From assembly GCA_963783835.1 (NCBI GenBank), contig CAWAOX010000011.1:1859-65858 (forward strand): DNA of 64,000 nucleotides. Reading direction: 5' to 3'. This DNA comes from an uncultured Actinomycetota bacterium. Lineage in GTDB: Bacteria > Actinomycetota > Thermoleophilia > RBG-16-64-13. Positions 36,953-45,611 of this stretch are shown one piece after another. Within the stretch, counting starts at the first letter, position 1. Each line of letters begins with the position of its first letter. The notes under the pieces were generated by a model that ran no database searches, was not told the origin of the DNA, and saw nothing but the letters and a program-made list of their open reading frames with translations. The position numbers and the translations under genes are program-made.

Positions 36953-38743
36953 CTACATGCTCTCCGGGGCGCTCACCCCGAGAAGGTCGAGGCAACGGGA
37001 TATCACCGTCCGTGTCACCAGACACAACGCGAGGCGCGACGAGGCTTCGGCCGGCGGCACTCCTATCACGCGGCAGTGCTTGTAGAACACGTGAAAATCG
37101 GCGGCCAACTCCTGGGCGTATGCGGCGATGCGGTGCGGTGCGCGCCGTTCGGCCGAATCCTGGACGACCCAGGCGAAGGTCTCCAACCGCTTGATGAGAG
37201 CTCGCTCGTAGGCAGAGGCGAACACCGCGGGATCATCCGGGACCACGGCCGGGGTCTCGGCCGGCACGTTGCGCAGGATGCTCGCGATGCGGGCGTGCGC
37301 GTACTGAACGTAGTACACGGGATTCTCCTGCGACTGCTGCCGCGCGAGGCCCAGGTCCAGATCGAGCGTCTGGTCGTGCGAGCGCATCACCAGGAAGAAG
37401 CGGGCCGCGTCGACCCCTATGGCCTGCACCAGTTCTCCGAGGGTGACCATCTCTCCCCGCCGGGTCGACATCTGCCGCAGTTCGCCCTGTTCGAGCAGGT
37501 TGACGAGCTGCCCGATGACGACCTCGAGGGCGCCGGGCCGCCCGGCGAGGATCTCGACGGCCGCCTTCATGCGGGGGACATACCCGTGATGGTCGGCGCC
37601 CCAGATGTTGATGAGATGGTCGAAACCCCGCTCGAGCTTGCTCTCGTGATACGCGATGTCGGCGGCGAAGTAGGTCGGCCGCCCGTTGCTCCGCACGAGC
37701 ACCCGGTCTTTGTCATCACCGCGCGTGGTGGTCCGCAGCCAGACGGCGCCACCCTCCCGATAGGCCTCCCCCTTCTCTAGCAGCCCAGCGACGACCCGGT
37801 CGAGCTCACCGCCGACGTGGAGCGCGGTCTCGCTGAACCAGCAGTCGAACTCTACCCGGAACGCCGCCAGCTCTGCCCGCATCCCCTCCAGCATCAGGGC
37901 GCAGGCCCGCTGCCGGAAGAAGGCCACTGCCTCGTCGATGCCGGGATCGGCCGGCCACTCGGACTGCCCCTCCAGCTCATCGGCCTCCTCGGGCTCCTCG
38001 TCGGCGTCATCGAGGGTCGCCTCCGGCTGTCCGGCCGCCGAGACGTAGGCCGGCGCCATGTCTGCGCGGGCCGCCAAGGAGAGCGCGGCCAGGTACCGGT
38101 CGCCCACCTCGGTCTTTATCGTCTCCGCCACATCCTTGACGTACTCCCCCTGGTAGCCGTCGGTGGGGACGGCTACGTCGATATTGAACGACTGAGCGTA
38201 TCTTGCCGCCACGCTCCGGCCGAAGCGGTCCATCTGGCGACCGTAGTCGTTGATATAGAACTCGGCGGAGACCTTGGCGCCGCTGAAGGCCATCAGACGA
38301 TGCAGAGCGTCGCCATAGGCCGCATAGCGGCCGTGACCCACATGCAGCGGGCCGTTGGGGTTCACGCTGACGAACTCGAGGTTCACCCAGGGATGAGGAC
38401 GCTCCTCGTCACGACCGATCTGAGCTCCCTGACCGAGCATCTCGGTCATCACCTCGGCATAGGCAGCGCCGCTGAGCGTGAAATTGAGGAATCCCGGCCC
38501 CGCTACTTCTATACGCTCCACCAGCCGCGAGACGTCCGGGTCGGCGAGCAACCGATCTCGTAGCTCTTCAGCGAGTCCCTTGGGCGCGCGTTTGGCGGTC
38601 TTCGCCAGCTGCATGCAGAGCGGAGTCGCGTAGTCGCCGTGGGCCTCCTCCGCCGGGCGCTCGAGGCGGACCTCAGGCGTCTCCGCCCACCCCTGCTCCT
38701 CGGCCCAGCGGGCCGCCACTCTCTTCACGAGTTCGGTTATCAC
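36953..38743 (-). CDS. argS: arginine--tRNA ligase
   Basis: HIGH-type motif NPNGPLHVGHGR, QMSTRRG, and a C-terminal DALR anticodon-binding domain ending in M. An acidic low-complexity insertion lies around residues 240-265. Confidence 0.96.
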   Translation of the reverse strand: MITELVKRVAARWAEEQGWAETPEVRLERPAEEAHGDYATPLCMQLAKTAKRAPKGLAEELRDRLLADPDVSRLVERIEVAGPGFLNFTLSGAAYAEVMTEMLGQGAQIGRDEERPHPWVNLEFVSVNPNGPLHVGHGRYAAYGDALHRLMAFSGAKVSAEFYINDYGRQMDRFGRSVAARYAQSFNIDVAVPTDGYQGEYVKDVAETIKTEVGDRYLAALSLAARADMAPAYVSAAGQPEATLDDADEEPEEADELEGQSEWPADPGIDEAVAFFRQRACALMLEGMRAELAAFRVEFDCWFSETALHVGGELDRVVAGLLEKGEAYREGGAVWLRTTTRGDDKDRVLVRSNGRPTYFAADIAYHESKLERGFDHLINIWGADHHGYVPRMKAAVEILAGRPGALEVVIGQLVNLLEQGELRQMSTRRGEMVTLGELVQAIGVDAARFFLVMRSHDQTLDLDLGLARQQSQENPVYYVQYAHARIASILRNVPAETPAVVPDDPAVFASAYERALIKRLETFAWVVQDSAERRAPHRIAAYAQELAADFHVFYKHCRVIGVPPAEASSRLALCLVTRTVISRCLDLLGVSAPESM

Positions 38744-38760
38744 TGGCTGTCTGGTCCTCT

Positions 38761-39783
38761 CTAGGAGTCGACTTTGGCGGGAGCGACGATGAGCTCCTCG
38801 AGCTTGGTTATCTGGGCCGGGGTGCCGATGGCAATGATCCTGTCGCCGGTGTTCAGGTGCGAGTCGGGGGCGGGGTTGGTGGCAAAGACCCCTGTAGCGG
38901 CGCGCCTCACCGCCAGGATGGTGGCTCCCGTCCGGGAGCGGATCTCAAGGTCGCCGATAGAGCGGCCTATGGCGCAGCACTCTCCACCCAGCTCCAACTC
39001 CTCCACACGGAACTCCAACTCACCCCCGCCGGTCACCACCTCCAAGTAGTCGCTAACGAGCGGCTTGAGCATCAGGGTGGCCATCCGCTTGCCGCCGAGA
39101 CCGTAGGGGGTGACCACGTTGTCGGCGCCGGCCCGCATGAGCTTGCTCACGATGTCCTCCGAGCCCGCCCTCGCGACGATGAGGAGCTTCGGGTTGAGCA
39201 CCCGGGCAGAAAGCGTGAGAAAGATGTTGCCCGCATCCGATCCCAATGCTGCCACCAGGCCCTTCGCGCGCGCAATGCCCGCAATGTGCAGGACGTCGTC
39301 GGCGGTGGCGTCGCCGCTCACCGCCAGGAACCCATCGGCCTCCGCGCGGCTCACGCTCCCCTGATCGCTGTCCACGATGACAAACGGCGCGTTGTGCGCC
39401 GCGAACTGCCGCGCGACGGCCTCCCCTACCCGGCCGTAGCCGCAGACGATGAAGTGCGCGTCCAGCTTGTCCACCTGCCTCTTCACCGCCCTTCTCCGGA
39501 ACACGCCTGTGAGTTGCCCGCCGATAACAAACTCGACCATCCGCCCGATGCCGTAGAGGATGGTGCCCACGCCTCCGATGATCAGGAGCAGCGTGAAGAT
39601 CTGGCCCGCCTGAGAGAGCGGGTGCACCTCTCCGAACCCGACCGTGAAGATAGTGGTCACGGTCATGTAGAGGGAGTCTAGCAGGCTCCAGCCCTCGATC
39701 AGGGCATAGCCGACGGTGCCTATCACGATGATCGCAAGGATCGCCGCGATGACGATGAGCCCGGTCTTCAACTCCCCACGCAT
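38761..39783 (-). CDS. potassium channel protein with RCK (TrkA-N / TrkA-C) domains
   Basis: Two TM segments flank the pore signature TVGFGE. These are followed by the Rossmann motif VCGYGRVG and a TrkA-C-like C-terminus. Confidence 0.88.
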   Translation of the reverse strand: MRGELKTGLIVIAAILAIIVIGTVGYALIEGWSLLDSLYMTVTTIFTVGFGEVHPLSQAGQIFTLLLIIGGVGTILYGIGRMVEFVIGGQLTGVFRRRAVKRQVDKLDAHFIVCGYGRVGEAVARQFAAHNAPFVIVDSDQGSVSRAEADGFLAVSGDATADDVLHIAGIARAKGLVAALGSDAGNIFLTLSARVLNPKLLIVARAGSEDIVSKLMRAGADNVVTPYGLGGKRMATLMLKPLVSDYLEVVTGGGELEFRVEELELGGECCAIGRSIGDLEIRSRTGATILAVRRAATGVFATNPAPDSHLNTGDRIIAIGTPAQITKLEELIVAPAKVDS

Positions 39784-39799
39784 GCCGCCTCAGAACTGA

Positions 39800-40264
39800 C
39801 TAGTGGTGGTACGGCTCTCCGCGCTCGATGCGGATGGCCCGGTACAACTGCTCCAGAACGATACACCGTGCCATCTGATGAGGGAATGTCAGACGCGAAA
39901 GAGACCAGCGCTGGTCCGCCGCGGCGAGGACGCGCGCGTCAAGGCCCGAGGCTCCGCCCAGGAGGAACTGGAAATGACTCTGACCATGCAGCTTCCTCTG
40001 GGCGAGGAACGCGCTCCACTCCTCCGAGGAGTACTGCTGCCCCCGGCTGTCGAGAGCGATGGTATAGGCCCCTTTGCGCAGCAGGCCAAGCAACGCCGTC
40101 CCCTCTTTGGCCCGGGCGTTGTCCTCTCCCCCGGCAAGAGCCGTCTCGGTTACTTCGAAGACCTCGACCTCGGCGTACGGCCGCATGAGTCCCTCGTAGT
40201 GGCGCCAGGCAGGCTGATACTCCCGAGCGAGCCGCCCCACACAGACAAGAGTGAGCCGCGTCAA
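39800..40264 (-). CDS. rlmH: 23S rRNA (pseudouridine1915-N3)-methyltransferase RlmH
   Basis: 154 aa SPOUT protein with FLLGGASGL and the C-terminal IRIERGEPYHH. Confidence 0.9.
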   Translation of the reverse strand: MTRLTLVCVGRLAREYQPAWRHYEGLMRPYAEVEVFEVTETALAGGEDNARAKEGTALLGLLRKGAYTIALDSRGQQYSSEEWSAFLAQRKLHGQSHFQFLLGGASGLDARVLAAADQRWSLSRLTFPHQMARCIVLEQLYRAIRIERGEPYHH

Positions 40265-40282
40265 CCTCGCTCCCCGCGGCGT

Positions 40283-40981
40283 TTAGATGAAGGAGAGGTC
40301 GTCGGGGTCGTCGTCTTCGCGGACCACCGCCCGCTTGCGGCGGCGGCCCCCGAAACTGGAGTCCTTGAGGACGCTCGGCATGTTGCGCCACAGACAGATA
40401 TCCTGCTTGAGATAGCGCGCTTTGATCTTGTCGGAGCACTCCAACGTGCAGCTCAGGCACAGCTCTTCCTCGACGAGAACCTTCTCCCGGCGCGGCCTCT
40501 CCCCCTCGTCTACCCTTCGGTAGGCGTCAAGTAGCAGGTTCTCTACAGAGGTGGACGGCACCACCCGGAAATGGATGCCCCGCGCAGGCACGACGAACCG
40601 GAAGGTCCCCGTGCTCCAGTACATCAACTGCATCACTTGGTCTGCAGCATGCCGGTCGACGATAGACACCAGAGTCGGCGCGTCGGCGTGGGCCGCCTGC
40701 AGAAGGTGCGCCATAAGCGGCTGGCCCTCATCGTCGCTGGACCACCTCATCCAGCATTCCTTGACCTCGGTCTCGGTCAGCGCGCCGGCGGCGACAAGCC
40801 GGGGTCCGAGGTCCTCATCGGCCTGGGCAAGGCTGATCGCCTCGATCCGTCCCGCCGACAGGTACACGGCCCCTTGCTCCTCGAAGTCCTGTATCTCGAG
40901 CACGCCCGTCCGCCGCTGCGTCGCGAGGAACTGCAGCACACCAAAAAGCGGGAACTCGGCTATGTCTCCCCAGAGGATCAC
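40283..40981 (-). CDS. DUF4388 (PATAN-like) domain protein with a C-terminal four-Cys cluster and a basic/acidic tail
   Basis: The N-terminus GDIAEFPLFGVLQFLATQRRTGVLEI is the DUF4388 signature as I recall it. Cys residues are at 175, 178, 182 and 196 (CLSCTLEC ... C). GTG start lies 9 nt after a TAGAAT box. Confidence 0.65.
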   Translation of the reverse strand: MILWGDIAEFPLFGVLQFLATQRRTGVLEIQDFEEQGAVYLSAGRIEAISLAQADEDLGPRLVAAGALTETEVKECWMRWSSDDEGQPLMAHLLQAAHADAPTLVSIVDRHAADQVMQLMYWSTGTFRFVVPARGIHFRVVPSTSVENLLLDAYRRVDEGERPRREKVLVEEELCLSCTLECSDKIKARYLKQDICLWRNMPSVLKDSSFGGRRRKRAVVREDDDPDDLSFI

Positions 40982-41178
40982 TCTTCTCCGATTCTAACGC
41001 ATCAGCCTTTCACTCATATCGGCACGAAGCCGCGGTGGACTAGAGGCTGCAGGCAACCGGTCCGGGCCCCTTGACACGGGGAGTGACAGCACCGAAAATA
41101 CCCAGGGGCGTTTTTGCAAGCGGCAGAGACGTAAACCATAGGTGGCCCGATGCGGTCGCCTGTGCATTTGGGAGGGGG

Positions 41179-41466
41179 ATGCGCATGCTCCACGAGCCTG
41201 CAGCGGTACACGGCGTAGACGAGGCGGCTGCCTACAAGCGGCGCCTTGGACTCAAGATGCTGGCCTTCTACACCGTGCTCTACGTGATCTTCATCATCAT
41301 CAACGTCGTTTGGCCCAAAGCGATGGGCGTTATCGTAGTCGCCGGCCTGAATCTCGCGATCATCTACGGCTTCGCGCTGATCATCATAGCCCTCCTTCTC
41401 GCCCTCCTCTACAACTGGCTGTGCACCAGGCACGAGAAGACCTTCGAGACCGAGGGGAAGGCCTGA
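41179..41466 (+). CDS. yjcH: DUF485 (YjcH-like) small membrane protein, partner of ActP
   Basis: Two TM segments are present, and the stop overlaps the actP start region (TGACATG). The start is either ATG 41179 or ATG 41185, after GGGAGGGGG. Confidence 0.8.
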   Translation: MRMLHEPAAVHGVDEAAAYKRRLGLKMLAFYTVLYVIFIIINVVWPKAMGVIVVAGLNLAIIYGFALIIIALLLALLYNWLCTRHEKTFETEGKA

Positions 41467-41467
41467 C

Positions 41468-43450
41468 ATGGGGGAAGTCTCTGCTCTAGCCGTAGTAATC
41501 TTCATCGTAATAGTCGGGCTTGTCCTTTTCGTATCCTTCTACACAGCCCGGCGGTCTCGCTCCGCCAGCGGATACTACGCAGCGGGTGGACGGATCCACT
41601 GGGGGGTCAACGGCATCGCCTTCGCCGGGGACTACCTATCGGCGGCGTCCTTCCTCGGCATCTGCGGGCTGATCGCCACTGCCGGCTACGACGGCTTCCT
41701 CTACTCGATCGGCTACCTGGCCGGCTGGGTCGTAGCCCTTTTCATCGTTGCCGAGCCCATGCGGCGACTCGGACGCTACACCTTCACCGACGCGCTGGAC
41801 GCGAAGTTCAACAAGCGCAAAGTCAAGCTCTTCGCTGCTCTTGCGACCCTTATCGTCTCCATCTTCTACCTCATCCCGCAGATGGTAGGGGCCGGTGTGC
41901 TCATCGAGCCGCTGCTCGGCTTCCCGTACTGGGTAGGGGTAGTCCTGGTGGGCGTCATCGTCATAACGATCGTCGCTACAGCGGGCATGACGTCGACCAC
42001 GTACGTGCAGTTCATCAAGGGCTCCCTCCTGATCGTCTTCGCTCTCGTGATCGTGATCGCCCTCCTCGTGCGTGGTCTTTCGACCGCCCCCGATCAGGGA
42101 GGCAAAGTCCCGTTCTATGAGTACAAGACGATCACCGCGACCCAGACGAACGGCGTGATAACGCCTACCGACCCCGCCTACACTGTGGCCGGCACGCACG
42201 ACGTACAGGCGAAAGACAAGGTCACCACCTTCGTTCAACTCCAGCATGAGGGCGTCGCCACCTGGTGGAAGGCCACCGCCGCCGCGGATGCCGTGACCCT
42301 GCACGAGACCCAGGAGGTCGTCGTTCAGGAAGACGGCGCCAAGTACATCAACGGCGCGCCGGCGTCCGACGACAACCAGTTGCGGCTGGTAGGGAACATG
42401 AGCCGCATCGAAGGGGAAACGGAGGCCAACACCGGGGCTCTGAGTCCTTTCAGCTACCTGGCCAAGATCGGGGCGCCTGATAGCACGGTCGGTCTTTGGA
42501 AGAAAGCCGCCTGGACGGAAGCCGGTCAATCGATCTCGGTGTACTACGAGTCCCCCGTCCCGGGAGACAGGGTGACGCGGCCCGGCCTGAGCTTCAAAGT
42601 GGAGGGGTCCTGGGTCGACCGGCTCGATTTCGTCTCTCTGATGATCGCGCTGTTCTTGGGTACCGCGGCCCTGCCGCATATCCTCATCCGTTACTACACC
42701 GTTCCCAGCCAGAGGGCGGCGCGGAAGTCGACCGTGGTGGCCATCGCCGCCATCGGCTTCTTCTACGTTCTGACGCTCTTCCTCGGATTGGGGGCGATGA
42801 CCAACGCCACCATCAACGTGCTTGACAACAACATGTCGGCACCGCTGCTGGCGAAGTCGTTCGGGACCTTCCTCTTCGCGATGATCTCCGCCATCGCGTT
42901 TGCCACCGTGCTGGGTACGGTGAGCGGGCTCATCATCGCCGCCTCAGGTGCGGTCGCACATGACCTCATGGACCGCTTCGGAGGCCTTATCAAGACCGAG
43001 CGCCAGAAGGTCGTGGCCGGTCGCGTAAGCGCCTTCGTGGTCGGCGGCATCGCGATCCTCCTGGGACTCGCGTTCCAGGGAATCAACGTGTCGTTCCTGG
43101 TAGGTCTCGCCTTCGCCGTCGCGGCCTCGGCCAACCTGCCCTGCATCATCATGATGCTGTTCTGGAAGCGAACGACCTCCACGGGGATGGTCGCCTCGAT
43201 CATCGTGGGCATCGTCGTCTCGGTCGGTATCATCGTGTTCTCGCCCACCGCATGGGAACTGTACGGGTTGAACCCCGCCGATGCGCCGATCCCGCTCAAG
43301 AACCCGGGCATCATCTCCATCCCGCTGAGCTTCCTCGCCATCTATCTGGTGTCGAAGATGACAAAGCCGGACATGATGGAGGAGCACCGCGCAAGTGCCC
43401 CGAAGGTCACGGCACCGGAGCAGATCGCGGGAACCGTGCCGGCGGAATAG
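41468..43450 (+). CDS. actP: cation/acetate symporter ActP (SSS family) with an enlarged hydrophilic loop
   Basis: Typical ActP blocks are present (GGRIHWGVNGIAFAGDYLSAASFLG, GTAALPHILIRYYT, RKSTVVA). At 660 aa it is longer than usual because of the segment at residues 203-385. Confidence 0.92.
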   Translation: MGEVSALAVVIFIVIVGLVLFVSFYTARRSRSASGYYAAGGRIHWGVNGIAFAGDYLSAASFLGICGLIATAGYDGFLYSIGYLAGWVVALFIVAEPMRRLGRYTFTDALDAKFNKRKVKLFAALATLIVSIFYLIPQMVGAGVLIEPLLGFPYWVGVVLVGVIVITIVATAGMTSTTYVQFIKGSLLIVFALVIVIALLVRGLSTAPDQGGKVPFYEYKTITATQTNGVITPTDPAYTVAGTHDVQAKDKVTTFVQLQHEGVATWWKATAAADAVTLHETQEVVVQEDGAKYINGAPASDDNQLRLVGNMSRIEGETEANTGALSPFSYLAKIGAPDSTVGLWKKAAWTEAGQSISVYYESPVPGDRVTRPGLSFKVEGSWVDRLDFVSLMIALFLGTAALPHILIRYYTVPSQRAARKSTVVAIAAIGFFYVLTLFLGLGAMTNATINVLDNNMSAPLLAKSFGTFLFAMISAIAFATVLGTVSGLIIAASGAVAHDLMDRFGGLIKTERQKVVAGRVSAFVVGGIAILLGLAFQGINVSFLVGLAFAVAASANLPCIIMMLFWKRTTSTGMVASIIVGIVVSVGIIVFSPTAWELYGLNPADAPIPLKNPGIISIPLSFLAIYLVSKMTKPDMMEEHRASAPKVTAPEQIAGTVPAE

Positions 43451-43473
43451 CACCCGCCGCTGTCGCAGACAAG

Positions 43474-43518
43474 AAAAGCCGCCGGATGCGATCCCGCATC
43501 CGGCGGCTTTTCTCTTTT
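43474..43518. terminator. bidirectional intrinsic terminator between actP and the satP fusion gene
   Basis: A 13-bp perfect stem GCCGCCGGATGCG-atcc-CGCATCCGGCGGC is flanked by AGAAAA on one side and TTTTCTCTTTT on the other. Confidence 0.85.
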
Positions 43519-43541
43519 CCCGCGATTGTCTGGTCCTGCCG

Positions 43542-44597
43542 CTAGAACACGTCCTTCGCGCGCAACGGGTAACCCGTGTATCCCGCCGTGGCGTAGTACA
43601 CCGCCCGGTCGAAGAAGCGGCCGAGTTCCCGGTTCAGGTCCACCGCCCGCTGTAAGTCCATCGCCGACTCCCACACGCCGTGCGTCCGGGCCGACATCCA
43701 GATCTCGCGCTTGAGCAGGAGAATGGCACTGACCAGTTCGGGCAACGGCAAGCCCTGGGCCGCGCGAGTGGTGCCCAGCTTGTAGAAAAAGGTGCCGATA
43801 TCGGATTCGCTCGGCTTTCCGGTGAAGTACTCCTCGACCTGAGTCAATGCGAACTCACTGGCCGTGACCAACTCTTCATCGCTGACCACTCCGTATGAGG
43901 GGGTCTGCGGACTGACCCGGAGGGCGTCCAGCCACATAGTGGCGATCTCTTCCCCGAAGTCCTGGACGAAACCCGTGGGCAGTTGGCTGACCGGCCCGAG
44001 GGGAAGGAGCACGCGCTTGTAGGTCTCGTTGAGGATCTGGGCCATGGCTGCATACACCGCGGCGAGCCCGACAAAGATCCCCTCATATCCGGCGATCTTG
44101 CCCACCGTGGCCCCGGCGCCAAAATCACGAGCGGCGAGCAGGAAGAACAGGATGGTGAGCGAACCGAACACCACCTGCAGGGCCCGGTTCAACTTGAGCG
44201 TCCCGACGAACATATAGGCGGTGAAGACGCCCCAGGCCACGAAGAACCACGCCAGGGCGGTCTCACTGGTAGCGGTGGCGGCGCTGGCCCCCTCGAATAT
44301 CGTGGGGAAGAGCCAGATACCGGCCAGAGTGAGCCAGAAGAAACCGTAGGACGTGAACGCGAGCGTCCCGAACGTGTTGTTCTTCCTCCACTCCATCACG
44401 CCCGCGATGATCTGCGCCATCCCCCCGTAGAAGATGCCCATGGCGAGGATCATGGCGTTGAGTTCGAAGAACCCGGCGTTGTGAAGGTTGAGAAGGACAG
44501 TGGTAAGGCCGAACCCCATGAGCCCCAGAGGGGCAGGGTTCGCGTTCGTGTCCAGTAGTTTGGTGACTGTATCGGTGGAGGCGAATGGATTAGCCAT
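43542..44597 (-). CDS. satP: SatP/YaaH (GPR1/FUN34) acetate-succinate channel fused to a C-terminal RsbR-N-like (non-haem globin-like) domain
   Basis: Residues 1-200 carry [21 protein letters not shown] and six TM segments. Residues 205-351 are soluble and helical ([11 protein letters not shown] ... [27 protein letters not shown] ... [11 protein letters not shown]). Confidence 0.82.
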   Translation of the reverse strand: MANPFASTDTVTKLLDTNANPAPLGLMGFGLTTVLLNLHNAGFFELNAMILAMGIFYGGMAQIIAGVMEWRKNNTFGTLAFTSYGFFWLTLAGIWLFPTIFEGASAATATSETALAWFFVAWGVFTAYMFVGTLKLNRALQVVFGSLTILFFLLAARDFGAGATVGKIAGYEGIFVGLAAVYAAMAQILNETYKRVLLPLGPVSQLPTGFVQDFGEEIATMWLDALRVSPQTPSYGVVSDEELVTASEFALTQVEEYFTGKPSESDIGTFFYKLGTTRAAQGLPLPELVSAILLLKREIWMSARTHGVWESAMDLQRAVDLNRELGRFFDRAVYYATAGYTGYPLRAKDVF

Positions 44598-44810
44598 CTT
44601 TCGTGTCTACTCTCCTTTGCTCAAGCGGGTCCGGAACACTGCTGCCGGCCGCTTCCGCTACCCCCCCTCAGGGTGCACGTCCGAGCAGCGCGACAATATA
44701 CTTAGACAGACCGGGGTTGTCCACCTCTGCGCGGGATTCTTGTAGAATGTCCGCTGGTCTGGGTTCGACGCGAAGGAGCTTCTTGCTGGGCCGAGAGGAC
44801 GCCGTCTCCT

Positions 44811-45602
44811 GTGAGTGAAACGATCCGCATAGACTTGCACTGCCACTCGTCGGCCAGCGACGGCGATCACTCGCCGGCGAATGTGGCGAGGCGGCTGGCC
44901 GACATCGGGGTCACGTGGGCCTCCCTGACCGACCACAACACGGTGGAAGGGCAGGATGAGTTCCGAGCGGCCCTGGGACGACACGGCATCGCCTATATCC
45001 CAGGGGTCGAGATCGACGCCCGGTCGCCGTTCGGAGTTCTTCACGTGCTCGCGTACGGCATCGATCTGAATAACGCGCCCCTGCTGGCCGTACTGCGTAC
45101 CGTACGAGAGCCGTGGCGGTCATCGGCCCGCCGTTGGCTCGATAGGATCCGTTCCCCGCGTCGAGACTCCGAGTCGTTCGCGGCCCCCTGCGAACCGGCC
45201 GAAACGAACGGCGGACCGCAGGGCCCGCTGACCACACAGCGAGCCATCTGTCTTGTGCATGAGGCTGGAGGACTCACTTTCCTCGCCCATCCGCTCGAGA
45301 GTCTGCGAAGCTTCAAGAGGCTCGAGGAAGCCCTCGATCTCCTGCAGGCGGAGGGACTGGACGGACTCGAAGTTTTCCACAAGTCGTATCCTGAGGGCGT
45401 TCGGGCCGCGCTTCTGGCGCTGGCCGCGAGGCGGGGCCTCGTCCCTACAGGAGGCAGCGATTTTCATGGTCTGGCCCACTCCGACGGGGCAAGCCTCGGC
45501 GTCGACGTGCCCGTTGAAGAATGGGATCGCATGGTCAAGTATCTAGGGAAACTGCGGGGGCCGGTGTCTTTGGCGGCCTCCGGAAGCAAGAAGACGAACT
45601 GA
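44811..45602 (+). CDS. PHP-domain metal-dependent phosphoesterase (TrpH/YciV-like)
   Basis: IDLHCHSSASDG, LTDHNT, GVEID, FLAHP and GGSDFHG are present. GTG start. Confidence 0.85.
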   Translation: MSETIRIDLHCHSSASDGDHSPANVARRLADIGVTWASLTDHNTVEGQDEFRAALGRHGIAYIPGVEIDARSPFGVLHVLAYGIDLNNAPLLAVLRTVREPWRSSARRWLDRIRSPRRDSESFAAPCEPAETNGGPQGPLTTQRAICLVHEAGGLTFLAHPLESLRSFKRLEEALDLLQAEGLDGLEVFHKSYPEGVRAALLALAARRGLVPTGGSDFHGLAHSDGASLGVDVPVEEWDRMVKYLGKLRGPVSLAASGSKKTN

Positions 45603-45611
45603 GGAGGGGGT

